The notes: a model not told the origin generated them from the sequence alone. A stretch of 63,564 nucleotides of DNA, filler included, from Octopus bimaculoides (GCF_001194135.2; 6 parts of 6 records of this genome joined end to end with filler, not necessarily neighbours in it); one strand, 5' to 3'. Positions 12,488 through 24,041 are shown, counted from the whole stretch's first letter. Program-made: numbers and translations.

Positions 12488-13318
12488 CAATGGTTCTCAA
12501 CAGGAGTCCATGTGATCTTTGGTGGGTTCACATATAATATTTTGGACGGAATTCTGGTTTAAGCATCCTATATAATCCCTCATAACTTCTTTATTTTTTG
12601 GAATTTTCAGAAAAGTTTTTGCGCGTTTGTCTTCTACACACGGGAATTCATACGATTATGAAAAGAAAAAAAAAAACTTTAAAAATCTTTTTTAACCCCA
12701 TCTCACTAAATCCTAAAAGTTCCACTCTTTTCCATTTTTTAAAATCAGAGTTTAAAATACGGATAGTCAGATTTTTCTTTTTTTCTTTTATTTTCTTTTT
12801 TTACTTGAATCCCAGCAGTGGACCACCCTTGAGTGCATCATCATTCCATTAAATGTGTTTATGGGGAGAAAAATGTTGAAAAACATCAATACATGTGACA
12901 AACGAAGATGGTATCAGGTGGTCGTGAGATGTGCTAAAAAAAACAGCCAAATTACCTTTAAATCACACGCAATTTTTTTTTTTTTTTTCATAATCGTATG
13001 AATTCCCCGTGTGTAGAACACAAATACGCAAAACTTTTCTGAAAATTCAAAAAAATTGAAAGAAATGGAAGTTATGTTGGATTACATAGGATACTTAAAC
13101 CAGAATTCCGCCAGCTTTTGTAAAAATTTATACGCTATAAATTGGTTGTACTTCTACAATACACAAAATATTTTAACAATTTTTTAATGCAATCCCTAAA
13201 AATATTAAATCATAAAATATAACGGGATTTTTATCAAACATCGAGTGGCTAGAGGTCCATTCGGGTAAAATTGGAATCAAAGAAGGTTATTAAGCAAAAT
13301 AATGGTTATGAACCGTTG
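12488..13318. mobile_element. hAT/Charlie MITE (family of 2579-2908) with nested inverted-repeat insert
   Basis: TIRs CAATGGTTCTCAAC / GGTTATGAACCGTTG; perfect TSD ATGTAGAT (12480-12487, 13319-13326). Confidence 0.8.
12545..13112. repeat. Element with ~125-bp terminal inverted repeats
   Basis: 12547-12670 is the reverse complement of ~12982-13110 (CGGAATTCTGGTTTAAG...GAATTCATACGATTATGAAAA). Confidence 0.8.
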
Positions 13319-13326
13319 ATGTAGAT

Positions 13327-13530
13327 CAATGGTTCTCAACCGAAATCCATATGGCCCCTGAGGATCCATTTAAGATTTGGTGGGGGGGCGGGCGTCCTAA
13401 TAGCAAAACAGTAGATTGGGGATCGACAATAGTATTTTAAGGGGCTCTGGAAAAATGTTGCTTTAGATGTATGTATTGATATGTATTGCAAGAAACAGCT
13501 AGGTTTCTTTCACTAACGTTTTACTAAGTT
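13327..13530. mobile_element. Second hAT MITE starting right after the shared TSD, truncated
   Basis: CAATGGTTCTCAAC at 13327; body matches the reverse complement of 2700-2890. Confidence 0.75.
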
Positions 13531-13534
13531 CTGT

Positions 13535-13825
13535 GGAGGCGCAATGGCCCAGTGGTTAGGGCAGCGGACTCGCGGTCATAGGATCGTGGTTTCGATTCCC
13601 AGACCGGACGTTGTGAGTGTTCATTGAGCGAAAGCACCTAAAGCTCCACGAGGATCCGGCAGGGGATGGTGGCGAACCCTGCTGTACTCTTTCACCACAA
13701 TTTTCTCTCACTCTTACTTCCTGTTTCTATTGTGCCTGTAATCCAAAGTGTCAGCCTTGTCACACTGTGTCACGCTGAATATCCCCGAGAACTACGTTAA
13801 GGGTACATGTGTCAGTGGAGTGCTC
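13535..13825 (+). mobile_element. tRNA-derived SINE family C
   Basis: TGGCCCAGTGGTTAGG A-box, GGTTTCGATTCCC B-box, CCTTGTCACAC...GAGAACTACGTTAAGGGTAC body; cut by gap. Confidence 0.9.
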
Positions 13826-13869
13826 NNNNNNNNNNNNNNNNNNNNNNNNNNNNNNNNNNNNNNNNNNNN

Positions 13870-13881
13870 TTAATTAATTAA
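13870..13881. other. Artificial gap spacer TTAATTAATTAA (also ~23136, ~48044, ~56128, ~58494)
   Basis: Same 12-mer centred in a 100-nt N block (44N each side at this site); stops in all six frames. Confidence 0.9.
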
Positions 13882-13925
13882 NNNNNNNNNNNNNNNNNNN
13901 NNNNNNNNNNNNNNNNNNNNNNNNN

Positions 13926-14088
13926 TATATATATACGATAGGCTTCTTTCAGTTTCCGTCTGCCGAATCCACTCGCAAGGCTTTGGTCGGCACGAGGCTA
14001 TAGTAGAAGACACTTGCCCAAGGTGCCACGCAGTGGGACTGAAGCCGGAACCATTTGGTTGGTAAGCAAGCTACTTACCACACAACTC
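13926..14088 (-). mobile_element. SINE family B, 5' half
   Basis: Complement of head and body up to the internal microsatellite. Confidence 0.88.
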
Positions 14089-14141
14089 CCTTTTTTCTTT
14101 TTTAACTCTCGTTGTACATATGGATATATGTATGAATATAA

Positions 14142-14194
<53 letters not shown>

Positions 14195-14546
14195 CGTGTA
14201 AATACATACATATACATATCTACATATACACACACATACATACATACAAATACATATACATTCATACATACATACATACATATATATAAAGGCATCATAA
14301 AGATGAATGGAAAATTATACATCTTCAAAATTAGTTTATTACAGTATTATTCTCATTAAATTCACATTAGATTCCAATCCGACACGTGTTTCTGCTGCAT
14401 AAGTGTCTTAATGTCCTTTGATGTAGCATTTATTTGCGTTTAGTTGGTTCAGTTGAAGTACATATTGATTGATCCTGAGTAGACATTTCTATGCAGCTTT
14501 GTTCAAGGTTTTACCCATGCGGGTAGGTGAAGCGAACCCATATGTG

Positions 14547-14605
<59 letters not shown>

Positions 14606-14629
14606 ACATACATGCACACACTCACATAA

Positions 14630-15870
14630 ATACTTAGATAAACTTTCACCAGAATTGGCCCAGGCCATGATTAACTTAATAGCAACACGTAGAAAAGATA
14701 TTTAATGATGTCTCATATTACAGTCATTCTTTGGGCACCACAGGCCATTCGAATAACGAGTTAGTAGGTGGCTTATTTGGAATTTGTTGAAGATATTCAT
14801 CCAGGAACCATCTGGATGTTAAGAGATCTTTTTCTTCTCTAATCTGTCTTAGCATGACGTTAAAGAGAGCAGGGCCAGTTGAGGGGATTTAGTTCTGTCT
14901 TAGTGTTGGGATGGGACACAAGCATGATTTTTGTAGAGGACGGATAGCATGGGGACCAAGCGTTGGATGAACTTTAAATCTGGTGCCTACATCAGTTGGG
15001 TTATGCTGTTGGATCATCTTTCACATCATACAAATGATATAGTGCTCAAGGAGGGAATAAAGTTGGGGCTTCTTAAGACGATCGAAATAATCTAGGCCTG
15101 TCATGATATCTATTTTTTTTTTCTTCTTTTATGATTGATCTCTGGACTGCTTCAATTTTTATAATATTTTGTTTCATGTAGGGAAACCACAACGGTATTC
15201 AAGGTGAGAACGGGCGAAGGTAGAGAAGAGAAGGATAATGGTAGGAGTGTCTCTAGACCCAAAAGTCCTGAGCTTTGAAAAGCGCCCCCTGCGGGCCATG
15301 TCGACTATGTTGTTTCTGTGGGCACCCCAGCTAAAGTTGCTATCGACAGTTACTCCTAGGTCCCTAGAAGTGTTTGATGCCACGAGGTTTTCCCCCGAGG
15401 GAAGAGTGTATGGTAGTTTAAGTGTAGCCTCTTTACCAAAGTGGATTAATTCGAATTTATTCTCGTTTAGCTACGTTTTGTGCTTATCGGGCCATCAAAT
15501 AACAGCAAACAGGTCCGATTGGAAATTAGTTCGGTCTCCTGTTCTATTGACGAGCTTCAGAGGCGTAGAATCATCCGCGAAAATCTAATGTTGATGAGTT
15601 CGATGACGTCAGCGGTGTCATTGGTATAAATAGGAAAAGGAGTGACCCCAATACAGTCGTTTGTGGGACTCCACTGATGATTCTTGCCGAGCTTGATCGA
15701 ATATCATCGATTACCACATGCTGGATTCCGTTCACCAGAAAACTCTCAATCCCCTTCAATAGTTTCCCTCGGACTCCAGTGTTTGATAGTTTCTTTAACA
15801 GGGTGTTGTGGTCAACCTTGTCGAAGGCTTTGCTGAAGTCGAGATAGATGACATTTGCACTGATGATCTA
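14630..15870 (-). pseudogene. 5'-truncated CR1-group LINE; reverse transcriptase and C-terminal region, disrupted
   Basis: VIYLDFSKAFDKVDH, SGVPQTTVLGSLLF, FADD, RDLGVTVD, RSHLEY, IEAVQR, GPALFN motifs with stops and frameshifts. Confidence 0.9.
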
Positions 15871-15889
15871 TAAATCATTCTCTTCCTAG

Positions 15890-15892
15890 TTC

Positions 15893-15938
<46 letters not shown>

Positions 15939-16170
15939 AATAAATATATGTGTGTAGAGAGAGAGAGAAAAAAGAGAGAGAGAGAGAGAAAAAGAGAGAG
16001 AGAGAGAAAAAGAGAGAGAGAGAGAGAAAAAAAGAGAGAGAGAGAGAGAAAAAAGAGAGAGAGAGAGAAAGAGAAAAAAGAGAGAGAGAAAAGAAAGAGA
16101 GAGAGAGAGAGAGAAAAAAAAGAGAGAGAGAGAAAAAAAGAGAGAGAGAAAAAAGAGAGAGAGAGAAGAT
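15890..16170. repeat. (GA)n/(CT)n compound microsatellite
   Basis: Direct inspection. Confidence 0.95.
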
Positions 16171-16462
16171 GAAGCATAACAGTAGCAATAATAATAAAAA
16201 TGATAATAATAATAGTATGTGTGTGTATCTACCTATATATATATATATATATATACAAACACACACGCATCCACACATACACACACACACGCATACACAC
16301 ATATATATAATGTGCTTCCCCAAAATAAGACAGGGCTTATATTAATTTTCACCCCGAAATGACCCTTAGGGCTTATGTTCAGGGGCGTTCATATTTTTTT
16401 CATGTACCGAAAAGCGATATTACGAAATAGAAAGTTACGAAATTACTAAATAAACAGAAATT

Positions 16463-16678
16463 CTTTTCTTCTCTAAGCACAAGGCCCGAAATTTTGGGGG
16501 ATGTGTGGGCCAGTCGATAAGATCGACCCCAGTACACAGCTGGTACTTAATTTATTGACCCCCGAAAGGATGAAAGGCAAAGTCGATCTCGACGGAATTT
16601 GAACTCAGAACATAAACACAGACGAAATACCGCTAAGCATTTCGCCCGGCGTGCCAACGTTTCTGCCAGCTCACCACC
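16463..16678 (-). mobile_element. SINE family A (tail A2) nested in the pogo element
   Basis: 20-bp TSD TTACTAAATAAA(C/G)AGAAATT at 16443-16462 and 16679-16698. Confidence 0.92.
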
Positions 16679-16766
16679 TTACTAAATAAAGAGAAATTAC
16701 GAAAAACGATCTACATTTACTTGACGATTTACCTGTTCTTTTACTTAGAAACTCATTAACAACAAT

Positions 16767-18056
16767 TTATTCAAAAATAATCATGTCATCGTCCTCTGGA
16801 ATATCATTGTTCTGCAAATCACCGATTCTAAAATTCCTGCGGAGTTTTCGTGTGACTCCATTTCCTGCAGAACTTTCGTCCCCAATCTCTCATGTCGATC
16901 AACAGAGGTCTCATTGAATGAGAAGTTCTTATCCAGGCAGCCTACTCGTAGTGCATTGCCAACACAGCTGTCTGTGATTTTGTTTCATGAATTCTTCACC
17001 CAAGACACGATCTCTTGCAGGCTGGGTTTCACAAAATTTCCACGCTGATTTCTCATCATTCTGTTTTCAATGTAGTCATTGATTTCCACGCGTAAATGGT
17101 CCTTGACTGGTTTATTTATTGCAATGTCAGGAGCCTGGAGATAGGCAGTCATTCCTGCAGGAATCATGATTTGATCTATTCTTCTTTCTGTACGGAAGTT
17201 CTTCATGTCTTTTGCGCGGTGCGTGCTGGCTAAAAGCCAGACTACCAGACCTCTTTGGCCTCCTCGCAAAATAAGTGGCAGCATGAAATCTATCCATTTC
17301 CTTAAAACTGCCTGTGTACACCATGCCTTTTCAGTTTCCACAACACAGATGCCTGAAACGCGTTCAATTTCATCCTTCCTGCCTTTAGTGATGATTAGAG
17401 GTGAGGTTTACTTCCATTGAGACGAACTGCCAAAATACATGTAACTCGTGCACTTTCGTAACCAGTGGAGGGAATGTAGATTGATGACGCAGCCCTTTGA
17501 TCGATTGTTGATTGAGATCCTTGGCCCATGAATACTGCGGTTTCATGTTGGAGAGACAGTATTTAGAAAAGTCTATCCCATCAACAAAGGACTTAAATGC
17601 AAGTGCACATTTAATAATCTGCGTATCTTCCAATTTGAACAATGTTGTCGGCCATCTCAGAGAAAGTTCATGTCGCTGAAGGAAGCCATCCAGCCAGTGT
17701 TTTGAAACTTTGAATTCTTCTGGAAATATACCAAACTGTGGTGCATTTGCAACGGCAAATGCTTGAATATCAGTCCTGCGAACAACCGAAGCCTTTGTTC
17801 TCTCGTCAGCAACCCATTCATAGATGACGTCTTCCAGCTCAGAAAATGGTGGTCGCCGACCTAATCCACACTTGCGTTTCTTTGCATTTCTCTCATCCAC
17901 TTCTTGACTGAGTTTATCGTAGTCTACTCGCCATTTTCAAAACATTCGGAGATTCAAATTCTTTTCTTTGCAGAAAACAGTAAGATTCTTGCCCAGAGAT
18001 TCCTCCATGATTCCTTTCTAGTATTCGATGGAATATCTCCTTCTTCTTGCATTCAT
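16767..18056 (-). pseudogene. pogo-type transposase (CENP-B-like HTH + DDE_1), inactivated
   Basis: GRRPPFSELEDVIYEWV, FKVSKHWLDGFLQRHELSLR, KAWCTQ, IPAGMTAYLQAPDIAINKPVKDHLR; several stops and frameshifts. Confidence 0.9.
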
Positions 18057-18511
18057 CTTGTCTTGGGATGAAAACGAATGACTTGACAAACGATTTCCCA
18101 TTCAATTTCATAATGCTGTTTTCTGGGAGGTTTTTTTTTTTTACCTTGAAAGAAAATGTGTATTTTATTGTTTTTTTTGCATTTACTAACCAGTGCTGAC
18201 CATTGAGGAAAATGTTACCCGACACATTTAAAAGCTCCGAAAATGGTCTGTCGATTGATGTATATAGTTGGTTTATATTTAAGTTACGAAAGAGACACCA
18301 GGATAAATTTTGTGACGTTATTTCTAGCCGCCAAAAAGATATTTTGAACAGTGTATTATACATCGCAACAAAGCGGTTTGAATCAATGTCAAGACGCTGC
18401 TTATTTCTTTCGTCTGCTGCTCTTAACTTGAGCCTATTTTAAGGGAAGGTCTTATATTAAAATCACCCAGAAAAATCTTGCTAGGTTAGGTCTTATTTTC
18501 GTGGAAACACG

Positions 18512-18554
<43 letters not shown>

Positions 18555-18674
18555 TATACTACCGGCACCCGGATATATTTTCGCAAAAGCACCACCTCCC
18601 TTCTCTAAATGGCAAAACGATTTGACTGACTATTCCACGCTATACTCTGTGTGTGTGTGTGCGTGCGTGTGTGT

Positions 18675-18705
<31 letters not shown>

Positions 18706-18976
18706 CGTGCGTGTGTGTGTGTGTGTACGTGTGTGTTGTGATTGCGTTTACGTATGTGCTGTGTTATACATAGATATGTATATATTGTTCTCTCTCTTTC
18801 TCCCTACACACACACACATACACACACATATGTATATCGACGTATATATATTTATATTTATGTATATATACATATATATATATTTATTATTATTATGCAT
18901 ATATATGCGTGTATGTGTATGTGTGTGTATGCATTGCATACATATATCTATACGTACATATGTAAATAAATGTATA

Positions 18977-19020
<44 letters not shown>

Positions 19021-19857
19021 NNNNNNNNNNNNNNNNNNNNNNNNNNNNNNNNNNNNNNNNNNNNNNNNNNNNNNNNNNNNNNNNNNNNNNNNNNNNNNNN
19101 NNNNNNNNNNNNNNNNNNNNNNNNNNNNNNNNNNNNNNNNNNNNNNNNNNNNNNNNNNNNNNNNNNNNNNNNNNNNNNNNNNNNNNNNNNNNNNNNNNNN
19201 NNNNNNNNNNNNNNNNNNNNNNNNNNNNNNNNNNNNNNNNNNNNNNNNNNNNNNNNNNNNNNNNNNNNNNNNNNNNNNNNNNNNNNNNNNNNNNNNNNNN
19301 NNNNNNNNNNNNNNNNNNNNNNNNNNNNNNNNNNNNNNNNNNNNNNNNNNNNNNNNNNNNNNNNNNNNNNNNNNNNNNNNNNNNNNNNNNNNNNNNNNNN
19401 NNNNNNNNNNNNNNNNNNNNNNNNNNNNNNNNNNNNNNNNNNNNNNNNNNNNNNNNNNNNNNNNNNNNNNNNNNNNNNNNNNNNNNNNNNNNNNNNNNNN
19501 NNNNNNNNNNNNNNNNNNNNNNNNNNNNNNNNNNNNNNNNNNNNNNNNNNNNNNNNNNNNNNNNNNNNNNNNNNNNNNNNNNNNNNNNNNNNNNNNNNNN
19601 NNATATATATATATATATGCATACATACATTCATACATGCATACACATCACATCCGAAGTTTCATTTCGCTGATCATTTACCCCCGTCCCCCGACACACA
19701 CATACATTCAGAGAGACACCTTCCCAATTTAATTATACAATAATGAAAGAAAAATGATGTTGTTATTGCAGCTGTTTTCTGACACACACACAATTACTCA
19801 CAGATACACACACATACACATAGATAAACACATACTCGATTACACCAACACATACAT

Positions 19858-20170
19858 AAACTGGTACTCCGTCGGTTACGACGATGAGCGTTCCAGTTGA
19901 TCCGATGAACGGAACAGCCTGCTCGTGAAATTAACGGGCAAAGTGGCTGAGCACTCCGCAGACACGTGTACCCTTAACGTAGTTCTCAGGGAGATTCAGC
20001 GTTCCACAGAATGTGACAAGGCCGGCTCCTTATTTTTGCCAGCTGAGTGGAATGGAGCAACGGGAAAATAAAGTGTCTTGCCGAAGGATACAACACAACT
20101 GCCGGGAATCGAACTCACAACCTTACGATTGTGAGCTCAATACACTAACCACTAAGCCACGAGCCTTCAC
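19858..20170 (-). mobile_element. SINE family C
   Basis: Complement of head (CACTAACCACTAAGCC, GGAATCGAACTC) and 3' body CTGGTACTCCGTCGGTTACG. Confidence 0.85.
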
Positions 20171-20199
20171 GCCAACATGCTCATTAGTGGAGCGGTGCC

Positions 20200-20625
20200 C
20201 CGTTCATGGGTGGGGAGTATTGTAATCTCTGTCCCTTATATGCCATGGAAAACGGGTTAACCTGCAAGCCTTCTGAGTCCCGTGATTCGTGAAATATCCT
20301 GCGGTTCTATATTTTTGAGATGAGGAATTATGTGCATTATTGACAATGGACGAATAGGTATCCTCACCTTGTTTGTTGTTACCACAACGTTTCGGCTGAT
20401 GTATTCTCCAGCCTTCATCAGGTGTCCCGGTGGAATTTCGAACCCAACCCTTTATTTGACTAATGGGGTACACTGTTCTCAATCCTAAGGTATTTTTTGG
20501 TTGATGTTATCATTATTTATTCAAGTCACTGCCTGGGATTGAACCCAGAATCTTGGTCAGTGGTTAAGAACGTGGGCTTCTAACGCCAAGATTCCGGGTT
20601 CAACCTCAGGCAGTGACTTGAATAA
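20200..20625 (-). mobile_element. Penelope-associated repeat with minimal HHR and terminal hairpin
   Basis: CTGATGAAGGC...GCCGAAACGTTG signature; 40-bp inverted arms at 20517-20625. Confidence 0.55.
20383..20424 (-). ncRNA. Minimal (Penelope-type) hammerhead ribozyme
   Basis: CAC-CUGAUGA-A-GGCUG(10 nt)CAGCC-GAAA-CGUU^GUG; palindromic AACGUU replaces stem III; stem I only 3 bp. Confidence 0.65.
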
Positions 20626-20723
20626 ATCCGCCTTACTATTCTCTTCTGCAACATTCTAATCCCATGTCTGAAGTACAAGAGCTGTGACTTCTTAATGCGG
20701 AAATGTAGCGGCTCAGCCTAGAC

Positions 20724-21058
20724 CAGGGCTGGCCAACCTGAGGCCGGCGGGATACATGCGACCCACCGACTTTTGTCTTGCGGCCCGCTTGATACTTTCT
20801 TGAAATGGATTTGTTTAAACAAACATTTTAAAAATTTTATCAAAAATTAAAGACAGTAATGAAAAGTAAAAAAGAAAGATACTACTGCTTTCGTAACGAT
20901 CCTATTTCATGTTGAATCAACGACGATCACTCATTCATTATTGTAATAATAAACATAAGAAAGCCAAACGCTTTCAATTCTGTCGGTATACAAGCGGTCC
21001 TCAAAAAACTTTCTGTGATTAAAGTGGCCCGCAATGTAATCCAAGTCGGCCAAGCCTG
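20724..21058. mobile_element. hAT/Charlie MITE nested in the RTE fragment
   Basis: TIRs CAGGGCTGGCCAAC / GTCGGCCAAGCCTG; TSD GCCTAGAC / GCCTACAC. Confidence 0.85.
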
Positions 21059-21398
21059 GCCTACACGGACTTCCTTATGTCCGAGCTTTGCACACTTCAA
21101 GTAACGTTACTCCAGTGACCCTTCTGAGGGACCCTACTTCGGCTGCTTGTCTTCGCGATTTGTAATTTTTCGGCTTTTACTCAGCATTCATGACCATAGG
21201 TGAGGATAGACACGAAAACGGAAATGAAGATATCGAGCTTGGCTTTTTGTACCAACCCTCCCTTTTCTGAAGATCGAATGCCAGAGCTAGGGCATTACTG
21301 CACCAGCAGCACTTGCACTTCCGGCATCCATTTCAGCCTCCTTGCTTCCCACAACTTGTGAATAAGGCCCTGAGATACTGGAACTTCTCCACTTGTCT

Positions 21399-21480
21399 CA
21401 TGCAGAATGCTCTAACATGCAGAATGCTCTAACATGCAGAATGCTCTAACATGCAGAATGCTCTAACATGCAGAATGCTC
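21399..21480. repeat. 17-bp tandem repeat x4.8 (CATGCAGAATGCTCTAA)
   Basis: Perfect units at 21399, 21416, 21433, 21450 plus a partial fifth. Confidence 0.95.
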
Positions 21481-21721
21481 AGGGACAAATTTCTGGAAAG
21501 AACCAATATCTCAGTCTTCGCAACACTAAGTCTCATCGCTGACTTCAGCCCTCGACAGAGAACCCATTCTGTGCATGTTGGAGACAATCTCCTGATGAAC
21601 CAAAGTAGCACCATGTCGTCTGTAAATTTCAGCCGACCAATACTACACCCACCGATTGTGATACCATTTCCACAATAGTTGCGTACGACAACCCAGTTCA
21701 AAGATCAATACCGATAGTGAT

Positions 21722-21868
21722 TTCAAATTTTAGCACAAGGCTAGCAATTTCGGCACAAATCGTCCCCTAGAGGATGAAAGACAAAATCGACCTCGGCGGA
21801 ATTTGAACTCACAACCTAGAGACGGACGAAATGCCGCTAAACATTTTGTCAGGTATGCTAACGATTCT
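21722..21868 (-). mobile_element. SINE family A (tail A3), head-truncated second monomer
   Basis: Abuts the tail of 21869-22102. Confidence 0.8.
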
Positions 21869-22102
21869 TATTTCTTTATTGCCCACAAGGGGCTAAACAT
21901 AGAGGGGACAAACAAGGACAGACAAAGGGATTAAGTAGATTACATCGACCCCAGTGCGTAACTGGTACTTATTTAATCGACAGGATGAAAGGATGAAAGG
22001 CAAAGTTGACCTCGACAGAATTTGAACTCAGAACGTAGCGGCAGACGAAATACCGCTAAGCATTTCGCCCGGCGTGCTGACGATTCTGCCAGCTCACCGC
22101 TT
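21869..22102 (-). mobile_element. SINE family A full length (tail A1)
   Basis: Head, B-box, body and tail recognisable. Confidence 0.9.
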
Positions 22103-22119
22103 GAGGATGTATAAAAATT

Positions 22120-22336
22120 AATATTGGTTTCAAATTTTGGCACAAAGCCAGCAAGTTCGGGGGCTACTCGATTACATCAACCCCAGTGTTCAATTGGTAT
22201 TTATTTTATCGATCTTGAAAGAATAAAAAGCAACAGCCGACCTCAGCGGAACTTGAACTCACGACCTAGACACAGACGAAATGCCGCTAAACATTTTGCC
22301 CGGTGTGCTAACGATTCTGCCAGCTCGCCGCCTTAA
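22120..22336 (-). mobile_element. SINE family A (tail A3)
   Basis: CCAGCTCGCCGCCTTAA 5' end; TTTCAAATTTTGGCACAAAGCC tail complement. Confidence 0.88.
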
Positions 22337-22369
22337 GTTACTATCAATATGGAGATGTTTCAAACTTTC

Positions 22370-22757
22370 TTTTAATGGACAGAAAATTAACTTGTTGAAA
22401 TAGATAGATGCACCAAGAAGCTGTTATTAGCGCACAATGGAAAACATGTACGACATGATGTAAGGAAACGTACTGAGATAGTTGGCAGGCAGTGAAATAT
22501 TCAATATAATAGATAGAAATACATTTGTTGATTACTGGACGAGGGCAGCAAGTTAAGAGACGTAAAGAGAATCTAATGATATGAGCAGCGACGAAGATCG
22601 ATGGTAAAAACTTAGAACATAGAAGGGAGAGAATGGTTAAAGAAAAAGTGTTACATGACCAGTTTGTCAAGGAACAATGGGCTTGGGTGAATGATGGTGG
22701 AGTAAAGAATTTAAAAGAGAAAGATTTGATTCTGGGTGCACAAAAATAAACGATTAG
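22370..22757 (+). pseudogene. R4/Dong-clade (RLE-type) non-LTR retrotransposon fragment
   Basis: WTEN*LVEIDRCTKKLLLAHNGKHVRHDV and KEKVLHDQFVKEQWAWVNDGG...DLILGAQK*TIR resemble the post-RT region (DRKTRKLLTMH; K.LHGQF; W.WL; LI.AAQ) as I recall it. Confidence 0.6.
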
Positions 22758-22759
22758 AG

Positions 22760-22983
22760 AGAGGAAGAGAGAGGGAGCGAGAGAGACAGACAGACAGAAA
22801 ATGGAAGAGTGAGAGAAAAAGAGAGAGACAAACAGACAGACAGAGACAGAAAATGGAAGAGTGAGAGAGAGAGAGAGAGAGATAGAGACAAACAGACAGA
22901 CAAAGACAGAAAATGAAAGAGAGAGGAAGAGAGAGACAGAAAATGAAAGAGTGAGAGAAAGATATAGAGAGAGAGAGAAAGAT

Positions 22984-23014
<31 letters not shown>

Positions 23015-23021
23015 AAGAGAA

Positions 23022-23090
<69 letters not shown>
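22760..23090. repeat. GA-rich microsatellite / low complexity
   Basis: Direct inspection. Confidence 0.9.
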
Positions 23091-23210
23091 NNNNNNNNNN
23101 NNNNNNNNNNNNNNNNNNNNNNNNNNNNNNNNNNTTAATTAATTAANNNNNNNNNNNNNNNNNNNNNNNNNNNNNNNNNNNNNNNNNNNNTAAAAGCACC
23201 CACTACACTC

Positions 23211-23372
23211 TCTGAGTGGTTGGCGTTAGGAAGGGCATCCAGCTGTAGAAACTCTGCCAAATTAGATTGGAGCCTGGTGTTGCCATCCGGTTTCACCAGT
23301 CCTCAGTCAAATCGTCTAACCCATGTTAGCATGGAAAGCGGACGTTAAACGATGATGATGATGATGATGATA
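23211..23372 (+). mobile_element. Family D retroposon 3' end with (GAT)n tail
   Basis: AAAAGCACCCACTACACTC...GGTTGGCGTTAGGAAGGGCATCCAGCTG...GGACGTTAAACGATGATG. Confidence 0.85.
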
Positions 23373-23672
23373 TATATATATATATATATATATACATACC
23401 GGAGTAAGCACATGAAATGTGCAACAAGGTGGAAAAAAGAGTACTCAAATACCAGAGGTAGAGTAATATGCTTTATTTAAAAGCAGCAGAAATATAACAA
23501 AAGTCTGTTACTCTGAGTTTCACGTTCCCGTTCATCGGACAGTTTTGTTATATATATATATATACATATATATATATACACACACACACATACTGTATAT
23601 ACTTATATATGCAGCTGTTTTTATATATATTTATATATGTATGTATATGTATATATATCTATCTATCTATCT

Positions 23673-24041
23673 ATCCGGATACGTTCGTGCTGCTGGTCGT
23701 GGTGAGAGGGATAACTCCCTTGGCAAACAGGACACAGTCGTGTGTCGATAAGCCAGCTGGAGGAGATGTCCTCCTGGGGCTAAAAGCAACAGTAACATCC
23801 ACCCCTAGGGGTCAGCCACACTTAAGTGGCAATATACTACACTTTATCGTGCAGTTACTGTTAATACTTCATTTAGAGAATTAACATTGCTTGTTTTCAC
23901 CTTTTCAATATCAGTGAAGAATGTCACTGGAAAAGAAGATATAAGATTTTGCCAGGTTTTTCTCTCTCACCAAGGTCATCAGCTGTCGAACGCCGAAGAA
24001 GGGAAATAACCCTGAAATCCGGATACGTTCGTGCTGCTGGT
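23673..24041 (+). mobile_element. Retrozyme-like tandem unit, period 344 nt
   Basis: 25-nt direct repeat ATCCGGATACGTTCGTGCTGCTGGT at 23673 and 24017; complete HHR at the junction; followed by a 330-N gap. Confidence 0.8.
23987..24031 (+). ncRNA. Type I hammerhead ribozyme (U4C core variant)
   Basis: CGAACG-CCGAAGA-AGGG(AAAUAA)CCCU-GAAA-UCCGGAUA^CGUUCG; stem I 6 bp, stem II 4 bp, palindromic stem III AUCCGGAU. Confidence 0.85.

Larger units (their letters stand above)
16310..18512 (-). mobile_element. pogo/Tigger-family DNA transposon, near full length
   Basis: TIRs ATGTGCTTCCCCAAAATAAGAC (16310) / GTCTTATTTTCGTGGAAACACGG (18512), TA on both flanks, internal transposase. Confidence 0.88.
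20626..21715 (-). pseudogene. RTE-clade LINE fragment (RT domain 5 to C-terminus), interrupted
   Basis: LKFTDDMVLL, LSVAKTEILVLSR, QVEKFQYL, RRQAAEVGSLRRVTG, then beyond the MITE EPLHFRIKKSQLLYFRHGIRM. Confidence 0.8.

Noticed and set aside
13535-13610. Functional tRNA genes at SINE heads
   Set aside because: A/B boxes are present, but there is no complete cloverleaf and each is followed by a SINE body.
21399-21480. CRISPR-like array
   Set aside because: Contiguous repeats with no spacers, in a eukaryotic LINE; the same applies to the 29- and 30-bp arrays.
23945-23990. Antisense CTGATGA...GAAA in the 344-nt unit (second-polarity HHR)
   Set aside because: No stem II or stem I pairing.
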